NCBI GenBank assembly: GCA_050949045.1
Contig: JBMNEZ010000001.1
Span: 1,292,139-1,356,138 of the forward strand
Source of the DNA: Candidatus Izemoplasmatales bacterium
GTDB lineage: Bacteria > Bacillota_I > Bacilli_A > Izemoplasmatales > Hujiaoplasmataceae
Length of the DNA: 64,000 bases
Direction: 5' to 3'
The position numbers and the translations under genes were made by a program. Below the pieces are notes generated by a model, which saw only the letters and a list, made by a program, of their open reading frames with translations, was not told where the DNA came from and did no database searches. Shown one piece after another: positions 39,238 through 49,488 of the stretch; position 1 is the stretch's first letter, and each line of letters starts with the position of its first letter.

Positions 39238-41211
39238 ATGAAACTAATACTTACATTCAAAAAAGCCTTCATTGCCTTCTCACTGCTCTGTTTAAGTTTG
39301 ATTTTTGTTGCCTGTTCCTCCATTACAAGTGAATCCACGAGTCTGACCGGTACCCCCGGTCAGACGACTGAGTCCGGGGGGAACAATGTCACCACGCATC
39401 CATCCTCAAAGACACCGCCCGATGTGACAGTTTCAGAGATTCAGGCGACGGAAATAATGGTTTCGGGAAGTTTGTATGTCAGTGCCGGTACCACCAATTA
39501 TTATACGGCAACTGTCATTCCGGACAACGCCATCAATCTTTCGGTGGAATGGAGCGTGACTTCTCGGGGAGGACAGGCAGAAATCGATCAGAACGGTGCG
39601 CTGCATGCGATTAGTCCTGGGGGAGTCACCGTAAAAGCCACAGCCACAAACGGGCTTTTTGCAGAGAAAAATGTGGCTATTTTGAGTGTATCAATACCGG
39701 TTCAAAGCGTGGAAATTATCGGAGAAGAACTCGTCAACCACGGAGAAAGATCAAATTATTCCATTATCGTCACTCCGGTCAATGCTACCTATAGTTTAGT
39801 GGAGTGGGGAATCGAATCCGGAGAAGCGAAAATTGATAGCAACGGAAGATTAGCTCCTAAAAGCAGCGGCTCTGTCACTTTATCTGTCAGCGTGGATGGA
39901 ATAACCGCTACAAAAACGATTAACGTCGCCGCTTATACCGGTTCGGTATCCAATGTGAAAGTCTTGCTCAATCGCGTTGACTTGCGCAATACAGTCCTCA
40001 AAGATTACGAACGGGAATTCGAAGCGCTGTTCCCTATGTATAACGTAACCTTTGAAACATTACTCGATTATGAGAATAATTCTCGGATCAGGCTAATGGG
40101 CGGAGATTATGGCGATGTGTTGCTGATACCTTCATCGGTCAGCGCCCAGAACCTGCCTTATTATTTTGCTCCCATCGGCAGCCTTGACACGTTGTCGCTG
40201 TCTTGGCGGTATGTCAGTCAAAAATCATATAATGGACTGGTCTATGGATTACCCACCTATGGCAATGTGAATGGAATTATCTACAACAAAAAAGTGTTTG
40301 CGAATGCGGGAATAGAGAACGTGCCGACCACGCCGGAAGAGTTTTTAGCCGCAATGCAAACTATCAAGACCCATTATTCGGGAAATTCCGATTTCTTAGC
40401 TCCCTTTTACACCAACAAGAAAGATAGTTGGCCGCTCGATCAATGGCAAGGGAATGTCTCCAGCGTTAGCGGAGACCCGAATTACTATTACAATATTCTT
40501 CCTCAAGATCGCAACGCTTTCAGTGTTGGAAGCCCGCATTACATCGTCTACAAACTGCTTTACGATCTAGTTCGTCAAGGATTGATCGAGGACGATCCAT
40601 CAACGACAAACTGGGAACGTTCGAAAATCGAATTTGTCAAAGGCAATATTGGTTCGATGGTCGCTGGCAGCTGGGCGGTCAGCCAATTTATGGATGTAGC
40701 CGCTAAAGTCAGAGACGGGACTCATCAATATGATAATGGAACCCCGGCAGAACAATCAGACTTAGCCAACCCGGCTGATGTTGGATATATGCCGTTTCCG
40801 TATACGAATAAGGATGGAAAGATTTATTCTGCACATAGCCCCGATTTTTTCATCGGTATCAAACGCAATACCACCAATATGCAAGGATCAATCGATTTCA
40901 TGATGTGGTTTTTACAAGAATCGGGCTATTATCAGTTGACGGGCGGAATTCCTCCTAGATCCGATATGCCGTTTCCTGCAGTTATTCAAGCTTTTGAGGA
41001 TCTTGGTGCTGTCTTATTTGAAGAAGTTTCAGCAACCGGATCAATGCTCGGAAAACTGGAGCTTGTGGAATCCTATAGCGGAATTGTGTTATGGAATCCA
41101 GATTGGAAAAGTTCCTTGTTTGAGAACGCCTACTATAATTTAAAAACTTATAACCAGATTGCTTCAGAACTCAATAGCATGTGGAACTTGGGGATTGACC
41201 TTGCGGATTAA
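39238..41211 (+). CDS. ABC sugar-binding lipoprotein with two N-terminal Big_2 domains
   Basis: Lipobox FVAC; two Ig repeats, then the SBP fold (YGLPT...GIIYNKKVF..AGI..PTT.EEF, GSWAV, YMPFP). Confidence 0.88.
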   Translation: MKLILTFKKAFIAFSLLCLSLIFVACSSITSESTSLTGTPGQTTESGGNNVTTHPSSKTPPDVTVSEIQATEIMVSGSLYVSAGTTNYYTATVIPDNAINLSVEWSVTSRGGQAEIDQNGALHAISPGGVTVKATATNGLFAEKNVAILSVSIPVQSVEIIGEELVNHGERSNYSIIVTPVNATYSLVEWGIESGEAKIDSNGRLAPKSSGSVTLSVSVDGITATKTINVAAYTGSVSNVKVLLNRVDLRNTVLKDYEREFEALFPMYNVTFETLLDYENNSRIRLMGGDYGDVLLIPSSVSAQNLPYYFAPIGSLDTLSLSWRYVSQKSYNGLVYGLPTYGNVNGIIYNKKVFANAGIENVPTTPEEFLAAMQTIKTHYSGNSDFLAPFYTNKKDSWPLDQWQGNVSSVSGDPNYYYNILPQDRNAFSVGSPHYIVYKLLYDLVRQGLIEDDPSTTNWERSKIEFVKGNIGSMVAGSWAVSQFMDVAAKVRDGTHQYDNGTPAEQSDLANPADVGYMPFPYTNKDGKIYSAHSPDFFIGIKRNTTNMQGSIDFMMWFLQESGYYQLTGGIPPRSDMPFPAVIQAFEDLGAVLFEEVSATGSMLGKLELVESYSGIVLWNPDWKSSLFENAYYNLKTYNQIASELNSMWNLGIDLAD

Positions 41212-41255
41212 ACAATCGGATTTTCGAGACTGAATATACTACTCAGGAAGTGAAA

Positions 41256-42167
41256 ATGATCCAGGCTTTTAACAATTTAAAAAGCAAAAAACCGCAAAAA
41301 CTGGCACAGTTAAAAACACAAAAAATCATTTTGATTGTTTCATTTTTGATTGTGCCTCTCTTTTTATTGCTTTTCTTTACTTATCTTCCGGCTTTCAATA
41401 TGATTCGCTACAGTTTTTTCCGCTGGGACGGCACTTCTCCCGAAATGATTTGGGTTGGCTGGAAAAACTATGAAATCCTGTTTCGAAATCCACAATACCT
41501 GACGGTGATGGCCAACGCTCTTTATTATTTGGGTGCTTCATTTTTACAACTTTTGCTGGCATTGATTATTGCCTTTATCCTGTCATTCAAATTCCGTGGG
41601 TCGAATTTCTTTAAAGGCGTTTTCTTTTTCCCTTACCTGTTGAATGGAGTTGCCGTCGCTCTGATGTTTTTATTTTTCTTTGAACCCAAAGGCACTCTCA
41701 ACACAATTCTCAGGTTTCTGGGTGCGGACAGCGCCATAACACTGTGGCTGATCAAACCGAAAGTAAATAACATTTTGTTGGCATCGATTTCAATCTGGCG
41801 TTATATCGGATTTAACATCGTCATTTTCATTGCAGCAATTCAATCGATTTCTCCGGAGATTTATGAAGCGGCAGAAGTCGATGGAGCCAATCGCAGTCAA
41901 ATACTCTGGCGCATCGTTTTTCCCAACATCAAAATGATTGTCGGTTTGAATTTGATACTCGCAATCAAAGGCGCGATCAGCGTTTTTGAAGTGCCGTTTT
42001 TGATCACCGGTGGTGACTGGGGCACTTCAACCTTTGTGATCAAGGCGTTGAACATTACTTTTGGCGCCAACCCTCAATATGGACTCGGATCGGCTTTTGC
42101 AGTCGTGCTCTTAGTGATGATACTAGTTATTTCGGGACTGCAAAAACTATTGATAAGGGAAGAGTAG
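41256..42167 (+). CDS. Carbohydrate ABC transporter permease
   Basis: WVGWKNY; EAA motif IYEAAEVDGAN; multiple TM helices. Confidence 0.93.
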   Translation: MIQAFNNLKSKKPQKLAQLKTQKIILIVSFLIVPLFLLLFFTYLPAFNMIRYSFFRWDGTSPEMIWVGWKNYEILFRNPQYLTVMANALYYLGASFLQLLLALIIAFILSFKFRGSNFFKGVFFFPYLLNGVAVALMFLFFFEPKGTLNTILRFLGADSAITLWLIKPKVNNILLASISIWRYIGFNIVIFIAAIQSISPEIYEAAEVDGANRSQILWRIVFPNIKMIVGLNLILAIKGAISVFEVPFLITGGDWGTSTFVIKALNITFGANPQYGLGSAFAVVLLVMILVISGLQKLLIREE

Positions 42168-42176
42168 GTGAATTAA

Positions 42177-43052
42177 ATGACTGAACGCACCGCTCAATTG
42201 GCAAAGATCAAAAGTCGTTTTGCTACAATTATCAAGTACTCAGTTTTGATTTCTTTGACGTTTATCGTCATTTTGCCGATGATTCCCATTTTCTTTGGGT
42301 CGTTTAAGACGAATTACGAATTTTATTCCTCTTCGGTTTGGGCATTGCCGAAATCGTTCTTAAATTTTGAAAATTACCGAATCGCTTTCACACAAGGGAA
42401 CATGCTCTTAAGTTTTGGCAACACATTGTTGATTATGGTTGTCTCGATCACGATCAGTGTCATGATCGGGTCGATGACGGCATATGTATTGCAGCGATTT
42501 CGTTTTCGTGGGCGCAAAGCGATCACCTTCCTCTTCTTGTTTGCGGCCTTACTCCCGACCATTACCTTGAATATTGCCATATTCAGTTTAATGTCTTGGA
42601 TCGGACGCAATTTGGGGATACAGATTATCAATACTCGGTTTGCCGCAATCATCTTGTTTTCAGGGACAGATATCATCACTGTTTACATTTTCATGCAATT
42701 CTTGAAACACATTCCCTTGGCGATTGATGAGTCGGCTATCATTGACGGAGCCAGTTATTTTCGCATCTTTTTCTCGATTATTATGCCCTTGCTCGTTCCG
42801 GCGATTACCACTGTGGTTATCTTGAAATTTGTGGCGATCTATAACGATTTCTATATTCCAATGCTATACATGCCAAGAAGTGATCTAGTGGTAATCTCGA
42901 CAGCCCTTGACAATTTCCGTGGACCTTTTGGAAGTCAGTGGGAAGTCATTTGTGCCGGACAAATGATAACGATATTTCCCATTTTAGTGATTTTTCTTTC
43001 CCTGCAGAAATACATCTATAAAGGTTTGTTAATCGGTTCGGTTAAAGAGTGA
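42177..43052 (+). CDS. Carbohydrate ABC transporter permease
   Basis: SFKT, NFENY, IDESAIIDGAS, QKYIYKGLLIGSVK. Confidence 0.93.
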   Translation: MTERTAQLAKIKSRFATIIKYSVLISLTFIVILPMIPIFFGSFKTNYEFYSSSVWALPKSFLNFENYRIAFTQGNMLLSFGNTLLIMVVSITISVMIGSMTAYVLQRFRFRGRKAITFLFLFAALLPTITLNIAIFSLMSWIGRNLGIQIINTRFAAIILFSGTDIITVYIFMQFLKHIPLAIDESAIIDGASYFRIFFSIIMPLLVPAITTVVILKFVAIYNDFYIPMLYMPRSDLVVISTALDNFRGPFGSQWEVICAGQMITIFPILVIFLSLQKYIYKGLLIGSVKE

Positions 43053-43083
43053 TGCACAACGACAAGAGAAAGAAAGGGTCTAC

Positions 43084-44250
43084 ATGAGCAAAGCAATCGA
43101 TGTTCATCTCCGGAATAAAATCATTCCTTTCTGGAATCAACAAGTGGATAAGCAATATGGTGGTTTTTACGGGTTTGCCGAGGTGGATTTGATACCGAAT
43201 CAATTTGGCGACAAAGGCTCGATCAAAATGGCTCGGTTATTGTGGGCGTATTCCGCACTTTACCGACACTATCGGGAGTTAACCTATCTTAAACACGCTC
43301 AAATTGCCTACGATTATTTAATGAAGCATCTTTATGACAAGGACCATCAGGGAGTATACTGGAAAACGTCGTATTCTGGGCAAATCATCAATGACACAAA
43401 ACATATCTATGCTCAAAGTTTTGCGATCTATGGTTTTTCAGAGTATTATCTGGCAACCCAAAACAAAGAGGCTCTTAAGTATGCTTGTGCGGTATTCCAG
43501 ATTATTGAAGAAAAGTCCTATTTCAAGAAAACGAATAGCTATCATGAACAATTCACTCGGAACTGGATTCCGGTCAAAAACACCTTATTGGCCAGCAATT
43601 CGTTTCTTCCCGCTTATACGACAAATACCTTAATTCATCTGATTGAAGCTTATACATCGCTATATTGCGCCTCAAGACGTCGGGATGTGCGGGAGCGTCT
43701 AATTGGCTTGTTAGAGTTATTTGTGGATCGGGCATTTGATAAATCGCGTTGTGCCTGCCATACGGAGTTTGACGATTCTTGGCGGCCGATCGATGACACA
43801 ATTTCTTTTGGACATGATATCGAAACCAGTTGGTTGATTGACCGAGCCATGGATAAGATTCAATACCGCCCAGTACAATTGACGGAAATGACCGCCGCGT
43901 TATGCGAAAATGTGTTAAAAAACGGTTATTTTGAGGGCATGATCGACAGTTGCAGAGATGATGAAAAAACAAATAAACCCTTGGTATGGTGGATTCAAGC
44001 TGAAGCCGTCATCGGGTTTTTAAATCATTTCCAGAAAACTGGGGAAAAAGCATATCTTGAAGCTGCGAGAAAAACTTTAGATGTGACAATGACCAAAATC
44101 GTCGATCATCGAGATGGAGGCGAATGGTTTTGGGCCGTTGATCAAACAGGCAAACCGCTTAAAGATTATGGCATCAGTGAAAACTGGAAGGCCAATTATC
44201 ATAATGTTCGTATGTGCTTGGAAATACTAGAAAGAGGTGAACTGCTTTGA
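43084..44250 (+). CDS. Cellobiose/mannobiose 2-epimerase (AGE family)
   Basis: GGFYG, ARLLWAYS, KHIYAQSFAIYG, NTLIHLIEAYT, SFGHDIETSWL, WWIQAEAV.GF, WKANYHN.R. Confidence 0.9.
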   Translation: MSKAIDVHLRNKIIPFWNQQVDKQYGGFYGFAEVDLIPNQFGDKGSIKMARLLWAYSALYRHYRELTYLKHAQIAYDYLMKHLYDKDHQGVYWKTSYSGQIINDTKHIYAQSFAIYGFSEYYLATQNKEALKYACAVFQIIEEKSYFKKTNSYHEQFTRNWIPVKNTLLASNSFLPAYTTNTLIHLIEAYTSLYCASRRRDVRERLIGLLELFVDRAFDKSRCACHTEFDDSWRPIDDTISFGHDIETSWLIDRAMDKIQYRPVQLTEMTAALCENVLKNGYFEGMIDSCRDDEKTNKPLVWWIQAEAVIGFLNHFQKTGEKAYLEAARKTLDVTMTKIVDHRDGGEWFWAVDQTGKPLKDYGISENWKANYHNVRMCLEILERGELL

Positions 44251-45419
44251 TTCATGCCGATTATTATCGTCTCGCCAAAAAGCAAAAACGGTTACTGCAG
44301 AGAAAAAACAAGATTGACCACACATTTTACAATGGAATCTATCAACGTTATTTGTATCCGGTGTTGACTAATGATCACGTTCCTCTTCATTGGCGATACG
44401 ATCTCTCAATGACCGAGAATCCCTATTTAATTGAACGGCTTGGCATCAATTCGGTATTCAATCCCGGCGCGATTTTTCATGAAGGTTCCTATTATTTAAT
44501 GGCGCGAGTGGAAGGCACGGACCGAAAGTCGTTTTTCGCCATCGCAAAAAGCACGACCGGAATCGATCGTTTTGAGTTTATTGATCAACCGGTTTTATGG
44601 GACAAGGCATTGGCGGATGAAGTCAATATGTATGATATCAGACTTGTGAAGCATCAAGACGGTGCGATCTATGGCACGTATTGTTCAGAAGCGGAAGACA
44701 CGACCAATTCTTCTAAGTCAGCTTCGGCTATTGCCAGAACGGCCTTGGTAAGAACCTACGATCTCAAACACTGGGAAATGATCGGGCTCATCAAAACAAA
44801 AGCCAATCAACAACGAAATATGGTTCTTCATCCTGAATTCGTTCAAGGAAAGTACGCTTTTTACACCCGTCCTCAAGACGGCTTTATTGAAACGGGTAGC
44901 GGAGGCGGTATCGGGTTGGGATTATGTGACGATATCAATCATCCAGTCATCGAACAAGAAACGATCTTGTCTCCCAAACGCTATCATACGGTATATGAAG
45001 CCAAAAACGGACAAGGGCCAGCCCCCATTAAAACCGATAAAGGGTGGATTCATATTGCGCACGGTGTCCGAGAAACGGCGGCTGGATATCGTTATGTCCT
45101 TTACGCATTTGCGACGAGTTTGACGGATCCTTTCAAAGTGATATCCTCCCCCAGCGGGTATTTCTTGGCTCCGCTAAAAGATGAAAGAGTTGGAGATGTA
45201 TCCAATGTTGTCTTTTCCAATGGCGCGATTGTGAATGAGTCACAAGAAGTTTTCGTCTATTATGCGGGGAGCGATTCGCGAACCTATGTGGCTACAACCA
45301 ACTTATCTATACTTCAAGATTACGTATTCAATTCACCGCAAGAAATGTTCACATCAACCGATTGCATCAAGCAACGAATAGCCCTCATTGAAAAAAATAA
45401 ATCTCTTTTGAAAGGATAA
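44247..45419 (+). CDS. 4-O-beta-D-mannosyl-D-glucose phosphorylase (GH130, subgroup 1)
   Basis: YNGIYQRY..PVLT..H.PL.WRYD, RVEG.DRKSFFA.A, LHPEFV.GKYA.YTRPQDGFI, GDVSNVVF; TTG start overlapping the upstream stop. Confidence 0.9.
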   Translation: MIHADYYRLAKKQKRLLQRKNKIDHTFYNGIYQRYLYPVLTNDHVPLHWRYDLSMTENPYLIERLGINSVFNPGAIFHEGSYYLMARVEGTDRKSFFAIAKSTTGIDRFEFIDQPVLWDKALADEVNMYDIRLVKHQDGAIYGTYCSEAEDTTNSSKSASAIARTALVRTYDLKHWEMIGLIKTKANQQRNMVLHPEFVQGKYAFYTRPQDGFIETGSGGGIGLGLCDDINHPVIEQETILSPKRYHTVYEAKNGQGPAPIKTDKGWIHIAHGVRETAAGYRYVLYAFATSLTDPFKVISSPSGYFLAPLKDERVGDVSNVVFSNGAIVNESQEVFVYYAGSDSRTYVATTNLSILQDYVFNSPQEMFTSTDCIKQRIALIEKNKSLLKG

Positions 45420-45424
45420 AGCAT

Positions 45425-46444
45425 ATGGCAAAGATAGTGAAAACCTTGGCGACTTCATCGCTGATTCCTTGGCAGAATCCGCCACAAAACATGACCGCTC
45501 CGGTTTGGCGATATTCGAATAACCCCATCATTGGAAGAAATCCTCTTCCGGGAGTTTCTCGAATTTTCAACAGCGCGGTAACTCCTTTCGGGGATGGTTT
45601 TGCGGGCGTGTTTCGAGTGGAAACCACTTCTTCACTGCCGCACCTTCGCGTAGGAAAAAGCCTTAACGGAATCAATTGGACGTTCGCAGAAAGCCCAATC
45701 AATTTCTATGATTCGGAAAACAAGATTTGGAATCCCTATTATGCCTATGATCCCCGCGTGATCCAAATTGATAAAGAATACTATATTGTATGGTGTACTG
45801 AATTTCACGGACCATCGATTGGAATCGCCAAAACAAGGGATTTCATCAGATTTGAGCGTTTGGAGAACGCCTTCCTTCCTTTTAATCGAAATGGAGTTTT
45901 GTTTCCTCGTAAAATCAAGGGGAAGTATAAGTTGTTGAGCCGACCGAGCGATGGTGGTCATACACCATTTGGAGACATCTTTATTTCGGAGAGCGATGAC
46001 TGTGTGTATTGGGGAAAACATCGTCATGTAATGGGAAAAGGTGGAAGCGGTTGGTGGCAAAATCTTAAAATCGGTGGTGGACCCGCGCCAATCGAAACCG
46101 ACGAAGGTTGGTTGCTTTTCTATCATGGTGTCACCAACACATGTAACGGCTATGTGTATTCCATGGGAGTAGCTCTTTTGGATCTGGAAGAACCTTCAAT
46201 CGTAATCAAAAGAGCCAGTGATTATTGTCTCACTCCTGAAATGCCCTATGAAGAAGTAGGTTTTGTTCCCAATGTCGTCTTCCCTTGTGCAGCAATCGCA
46301 GAAGCCGAGACTGGACGAATTGCGATCTATTACGGAGCTGCGGACAGTTATGTGGCCTTGGCTTTTACCGATATTGACACGATTTTTCGCTTTCTTCAAA
46401 CTCATCATGAGCCGATTGGCGATGATCAATCTCTGGGAAAATAA
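45425..46444 (+). CDS. Beta-1,4-mannooligosaccharide phosphorylase (GH130, subgroup 2)
   Basis: WRYSNNPII, IFNSAV, YAYDPRV, FLPFNRNGVLFPRKI, SRPSD.GHTPFGDIF, YYGAADS. Confidence 0.92.
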   Translation: MAKIVKTLATSSLIPWQNPPQNMTAPVWRYSNNPIIGRNPLPGVSRIFNSAVTPFGDGFAGVFRVETTSSLPHLRVGKSLNGINWTFAESPINFYDSENKIWNPYYAYDPRVIQIDKEYYIVWCTEFHGPSIGIAKTRDFIRFERLENAFLPFNRNGVLFPRKIKGKYKLLSRPSDGGHTPFGDIFISESDDCVYWGKHRHVMGKGGSGWWQNLKIGGGPAPIETDEGWLLFYHGVTNTCNGYVYSMGVALLDLEEPSIVIKRASDYCLTPEMPYEEVGFVPNVVFPCAAIAEAETGRIAIYYGAADSYVALAFTDIDTIFRFLQTHHEPIGDDQSLGK

Positions 46445-46756
46445 TGGGTTCTTTACACCCGAAGCTACTTTCATTTGAAAGAGTTGAATAAAACGGCTTG
46501 ATCAAAAGATGTCTCAAGGATCAGTTAAATGAAACTGGCAGAGGATTTGTAGGTATCGGCGGATTGACTCTTCTTCAACCAATATTCAGAATACCCGTTG
46601 TCTGGGTATTCTTTTCGAATAATGAGATAGATGATTTGCGGCTATTTGAAGTGGCAACAAGGAGAAATCATTTGAATTTACAATCGAATACAAAAGGGTT
46701 CAATGCTTGATAGGGTGTTCGATCCAATCACTTATGTTTCAAAGGGGGAAGATTAA

Positions 46757-49105
46757 ATGTTTAAGAGCCGCACCGTTTTGATTATCATCCTTATTTTTAT
46801 GATGTTTGGATGTTCATCTCTTCCTGACGGAACTTTTTCAACCATAACTACCCCCACAATGCCGTTAACTTCAACAACCTGTATTCCACCAACAACAATT
46901 TTACCGACGACCACACAGCAAACAACGCCCACGCCGACAACAATGCTCCCTACGACTCTTCCATCCACGACCCTGCCTGAAAGCACAACAGTTGGCACTA
47001 ACACAACGACCAATTCGACAATTACCACGACGATATCGACAAAAACAAATCCAATACCTCTTCAGGCGCCTAAGACCGTTTTTGTGAAAGACGGCATCTT
47101 GGTTTGGTCAGAAGTGGAACTGGCAGTTGGCTATCTTGTCTTGATTGATGGTCAAGAAATATCAGTTGATCACTCGCCCCTCATTTTGGCTCAATTAGCG
47201 GTCGGAATGCATCAAATACAGATCAAAGCGCTGGGAAACTCAACCGTGTCACAAGACTCTGAATTCAGTGTGCCCATCTACTACGAGGTCGAAGCACCTA
47301 AACCGCGGCTTCTTGATCGGCCGAACAACGTTATTGTGACTGGATCGACCCTATCTTGGGACGAGGTCACTGGTGCAATCGAATATGCCATCCAGGTCAA
47401 TGATGATCCCGAGATGATCGTTTTATCCAATTCGCTTGATCTTGGCGTTCTCGCTCCAGGAACATATCTGATTAAGATAATCGCCAAAGGCAATCAAGAA
47501 ACGACTCAGGATTCGCCCGCCTCAACCATTGAACACATTATCGAGGCGAAGCAACTTGCACAAGTGCAAGCATTTCAAATTGTCGATAATGTTTTGTCAT
47601 GGGACGAGGTTGAGTTTGCTTTCTCTTATCTGATTGATATCCAAGGGGAAGTGTTTTCTTCTCCAACACCTTGCTTTGAACTAAACCTCAGTGTTCCCGG
47701 AGAATATCAGATTTTCATCAAAGCTGTCGGCGATTCTTTGTTTTATTTGGATTCAATCTGGTCAGAAGCTATTATTTACCAGGTTGCCGAAACTAATCCT
47801 TTTATTACGGTTGAAGGCGACCAACTGTTTTTGAAAGGGGAAACGTTCCGGTTTGTATCTTTTAATGTACCCAATTTGCATGTTCTTGAAGATCCTTACT
47901 GGCATCGGGCGGATCCTTGGGAGCAAGAAGACGCTATCCGATCGGTAAAAATGATGGGGGGTCGAGTGATTCGCACCTATACTCTTTCTATAACGGGAGG
48001 AATCAGGCCCAAGGAATCCGGCAATCAACTAGCTCATATTTTGGGAAAAGGGGTATATTCGGAAGAATTGTTTGTCGATCTCGACAAGGCGATTCAATTA
48101 GCCGGAGAACATGGTGTATATCTAATCATACCTTTGATTGATGAGTGGAGTTGGTTTGGGGGGATCACTGAGTTTTCCGCTTTGTACGGAAAGACAAAAT
48201 CACAGTTTTTTACGAACGCAGAAGTCAAACAAGGGTTCAAAGACCTCATTTTTTACGTGTTGAATCGGACCAACACATTCACAGGAGTAAAATACAAGGA
48301 TGACCCGGCCATTTTGGCATGGGAGCTCGGAAACGAATTGCGCAGTGCGACAGATCCGTGGATTGCTGAAATGGCGACATATGTCAAGAGTATCGATTCC
48401 AATCATTTGTTAATGAGCGGCAGGGACAAAATCACCTCTGCGGATTTGAATAATCCCAATATTGATATCGTGTCATCGCATTATTATGCGAACAACGGGA
48501 CAGGTTCATTTGCGGATCGAGCCAAAGCGGACCGCGCGTTATCTTTAGGTAAAAAGCCTTTTATCATCGGAGAATACGGACTGGTTGATGTTCAACAAAT
48601 AGAAAACATGATTGTCGAATCTGTCAATAACGGAACTAGCGGCAGCCTTATCTGGAGTTTGCGTTATCGAAATGTCAATGGCGGATTCTATTACCATAAC
48701 GACATACCGTCGCGTTCATATCATTTTCCCGGGTACTCTTTGAATGATGATTATTTTGAAACAAGGATTATCAATTTCATCATTGAACAGGCTCATCTTG
48801 TCGCTGGAGGCTCTACTTATACTCCCACGATTCCCGATCAGCCGTTTCTCTTTGCCATCCAAAATGCGGAATTAACATGGCGAGGAGCCACAGGCTCCGC
48901 TTCCTTTTCCATTGAAAGAAGAGAAGCGGGAACTGATCAATGGGCGGAATTGGCGAATCATGTTTTGGACGCTTTTGTCTCGGGGCCATTTTACGTTGAT
49001 CAGTCGGTTGAAGCAGGAAAAACTTATGAGTATCGAATTCGAGCTGCCAACCTAGCGGGATACTCGGAATACTCCAATATTGTGGTTTATTCTCAACCAA
49101 ATTGA
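46757..49105 (+). CDS. Second lipoprotein GH5 beta-mannanase with Thr linker and FN3-like repeats
   Basis: Lipobox MFGC; three L.W.EV..A..Y.I repeats; FRFVSFNVPNL, YKDDPAILAWELGNEL, IIGEYG; C-terminal FN3-like domain. Confidence 0.85.
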   Translation: MFKSRTVLIIILIFMMFGCSSLPDGTFSTITTPTMPLTSTTCIPPTTILPTTTQQTTPTPTTMLPTTLPSTTLPESTTVGTNTTTNSTITTTISTKTNPIPLQAPKTVFVKDGILVWSEVELAVGYLVLIDGQEISVDHSPLILAQLAVGMHQIQIKALGNSTVSQDSEFSVPIYYEVEAPKPRLLDRPNNVIVTGSTLSWDEVTGAIEYAIQVNDDPEMIVLSNSLDLGVLAPGTYLIKIIAKGNQETTQDSPASTIEHIIEAKQLAQVQAFQIVDNVLSWDEVEFAFSYLIDIQGEVFSSPTPCFELNLSVPGEYQIFIKAVGDSLFYLDSIWSEAIIYQVAETNPFITVEGDQLFLKGETFRFVSFNVPNLHVLEDPYWHRADPWEQEDAIRSVKMMGGRVIRTYTLSITGGIRPKESGNQLAHILGKGVYSEELFVDLDKAIQLAGEHGVYLIIPLIDEWSWFGGITEFSALYGKTKSQFFTNAEVKQGFKDLIFYVLNRTNTFTGVKYKDDPAILAWELGNELRSATDPWIAEMATYVKSIDSNHLLMSGRDKITSADLNNPNIDIVSSHYYANNGTGSFADRAKADRALSLGKKPFIIGEYGLVDVQQIENMIVESVNNGTSGSLIWSLRYRNVNGGFYYHNDIPSRSYHFPGYSLNDDYFETRIINFIIEQAHLVAGGSTYTPTIPDQPFLFAIQNAELTWRGATGSASFSIERREAGTDQWAELANHVLDAFVSGPFYVDQSVEAGKTYEYRIRAANLAGYSEYSNIVVYSQPN

Positions 49106-49304
49106 AGTCTTTCCATTTTGTCACTTTTCTAAAGAGAGCGATTGTCAAACAAAGATCAAAGCGACATTATAAAAAATGGAGGATCATGATTTCCTATAAT
49201 GAATGGTTGAGGTTTTCATAAAACAGCTCCGCTATTACCACTACTAAAAGTTATTCTATTGAAATTCAAAACTCTTCATTTGTGAAATATTGAGTATAAT
49301 GACT

Positions 49305-49488
49305 AAAACAATGACGGAGATTTGATGGGCACATAATCTCATTTAGCTGTTGTTGATCGATGCGCAAAACGATAACGACCAGCGGGAATATTTTTTGTCA
49401 TTTTTTCGGCGCTATTGTTATCCGCTTATTTAACGTTAGACGGCCTATGTTAAAGATATCAGAGTCGATTTGAGCAATCGATTTTTTT
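49305..49488 (+). ncRNA. Candidate structured RNA; 5' part resembles a degenerate c-di-GMP-II riboswitch
   Basis: AAACAATGA..GAGATT-TGATGGGCACAT-AATCTC-ATTT, two further hairpins and a terminator at 49463-49488; TATAAT at 49295. Confidence 0.4.

Noticed and set aside
46445..46756. 70-aa ORF 46498..46710 in the gap before the second GH5
   Set aside because: No SD, no recognisable motif and no convincing RNA structure.
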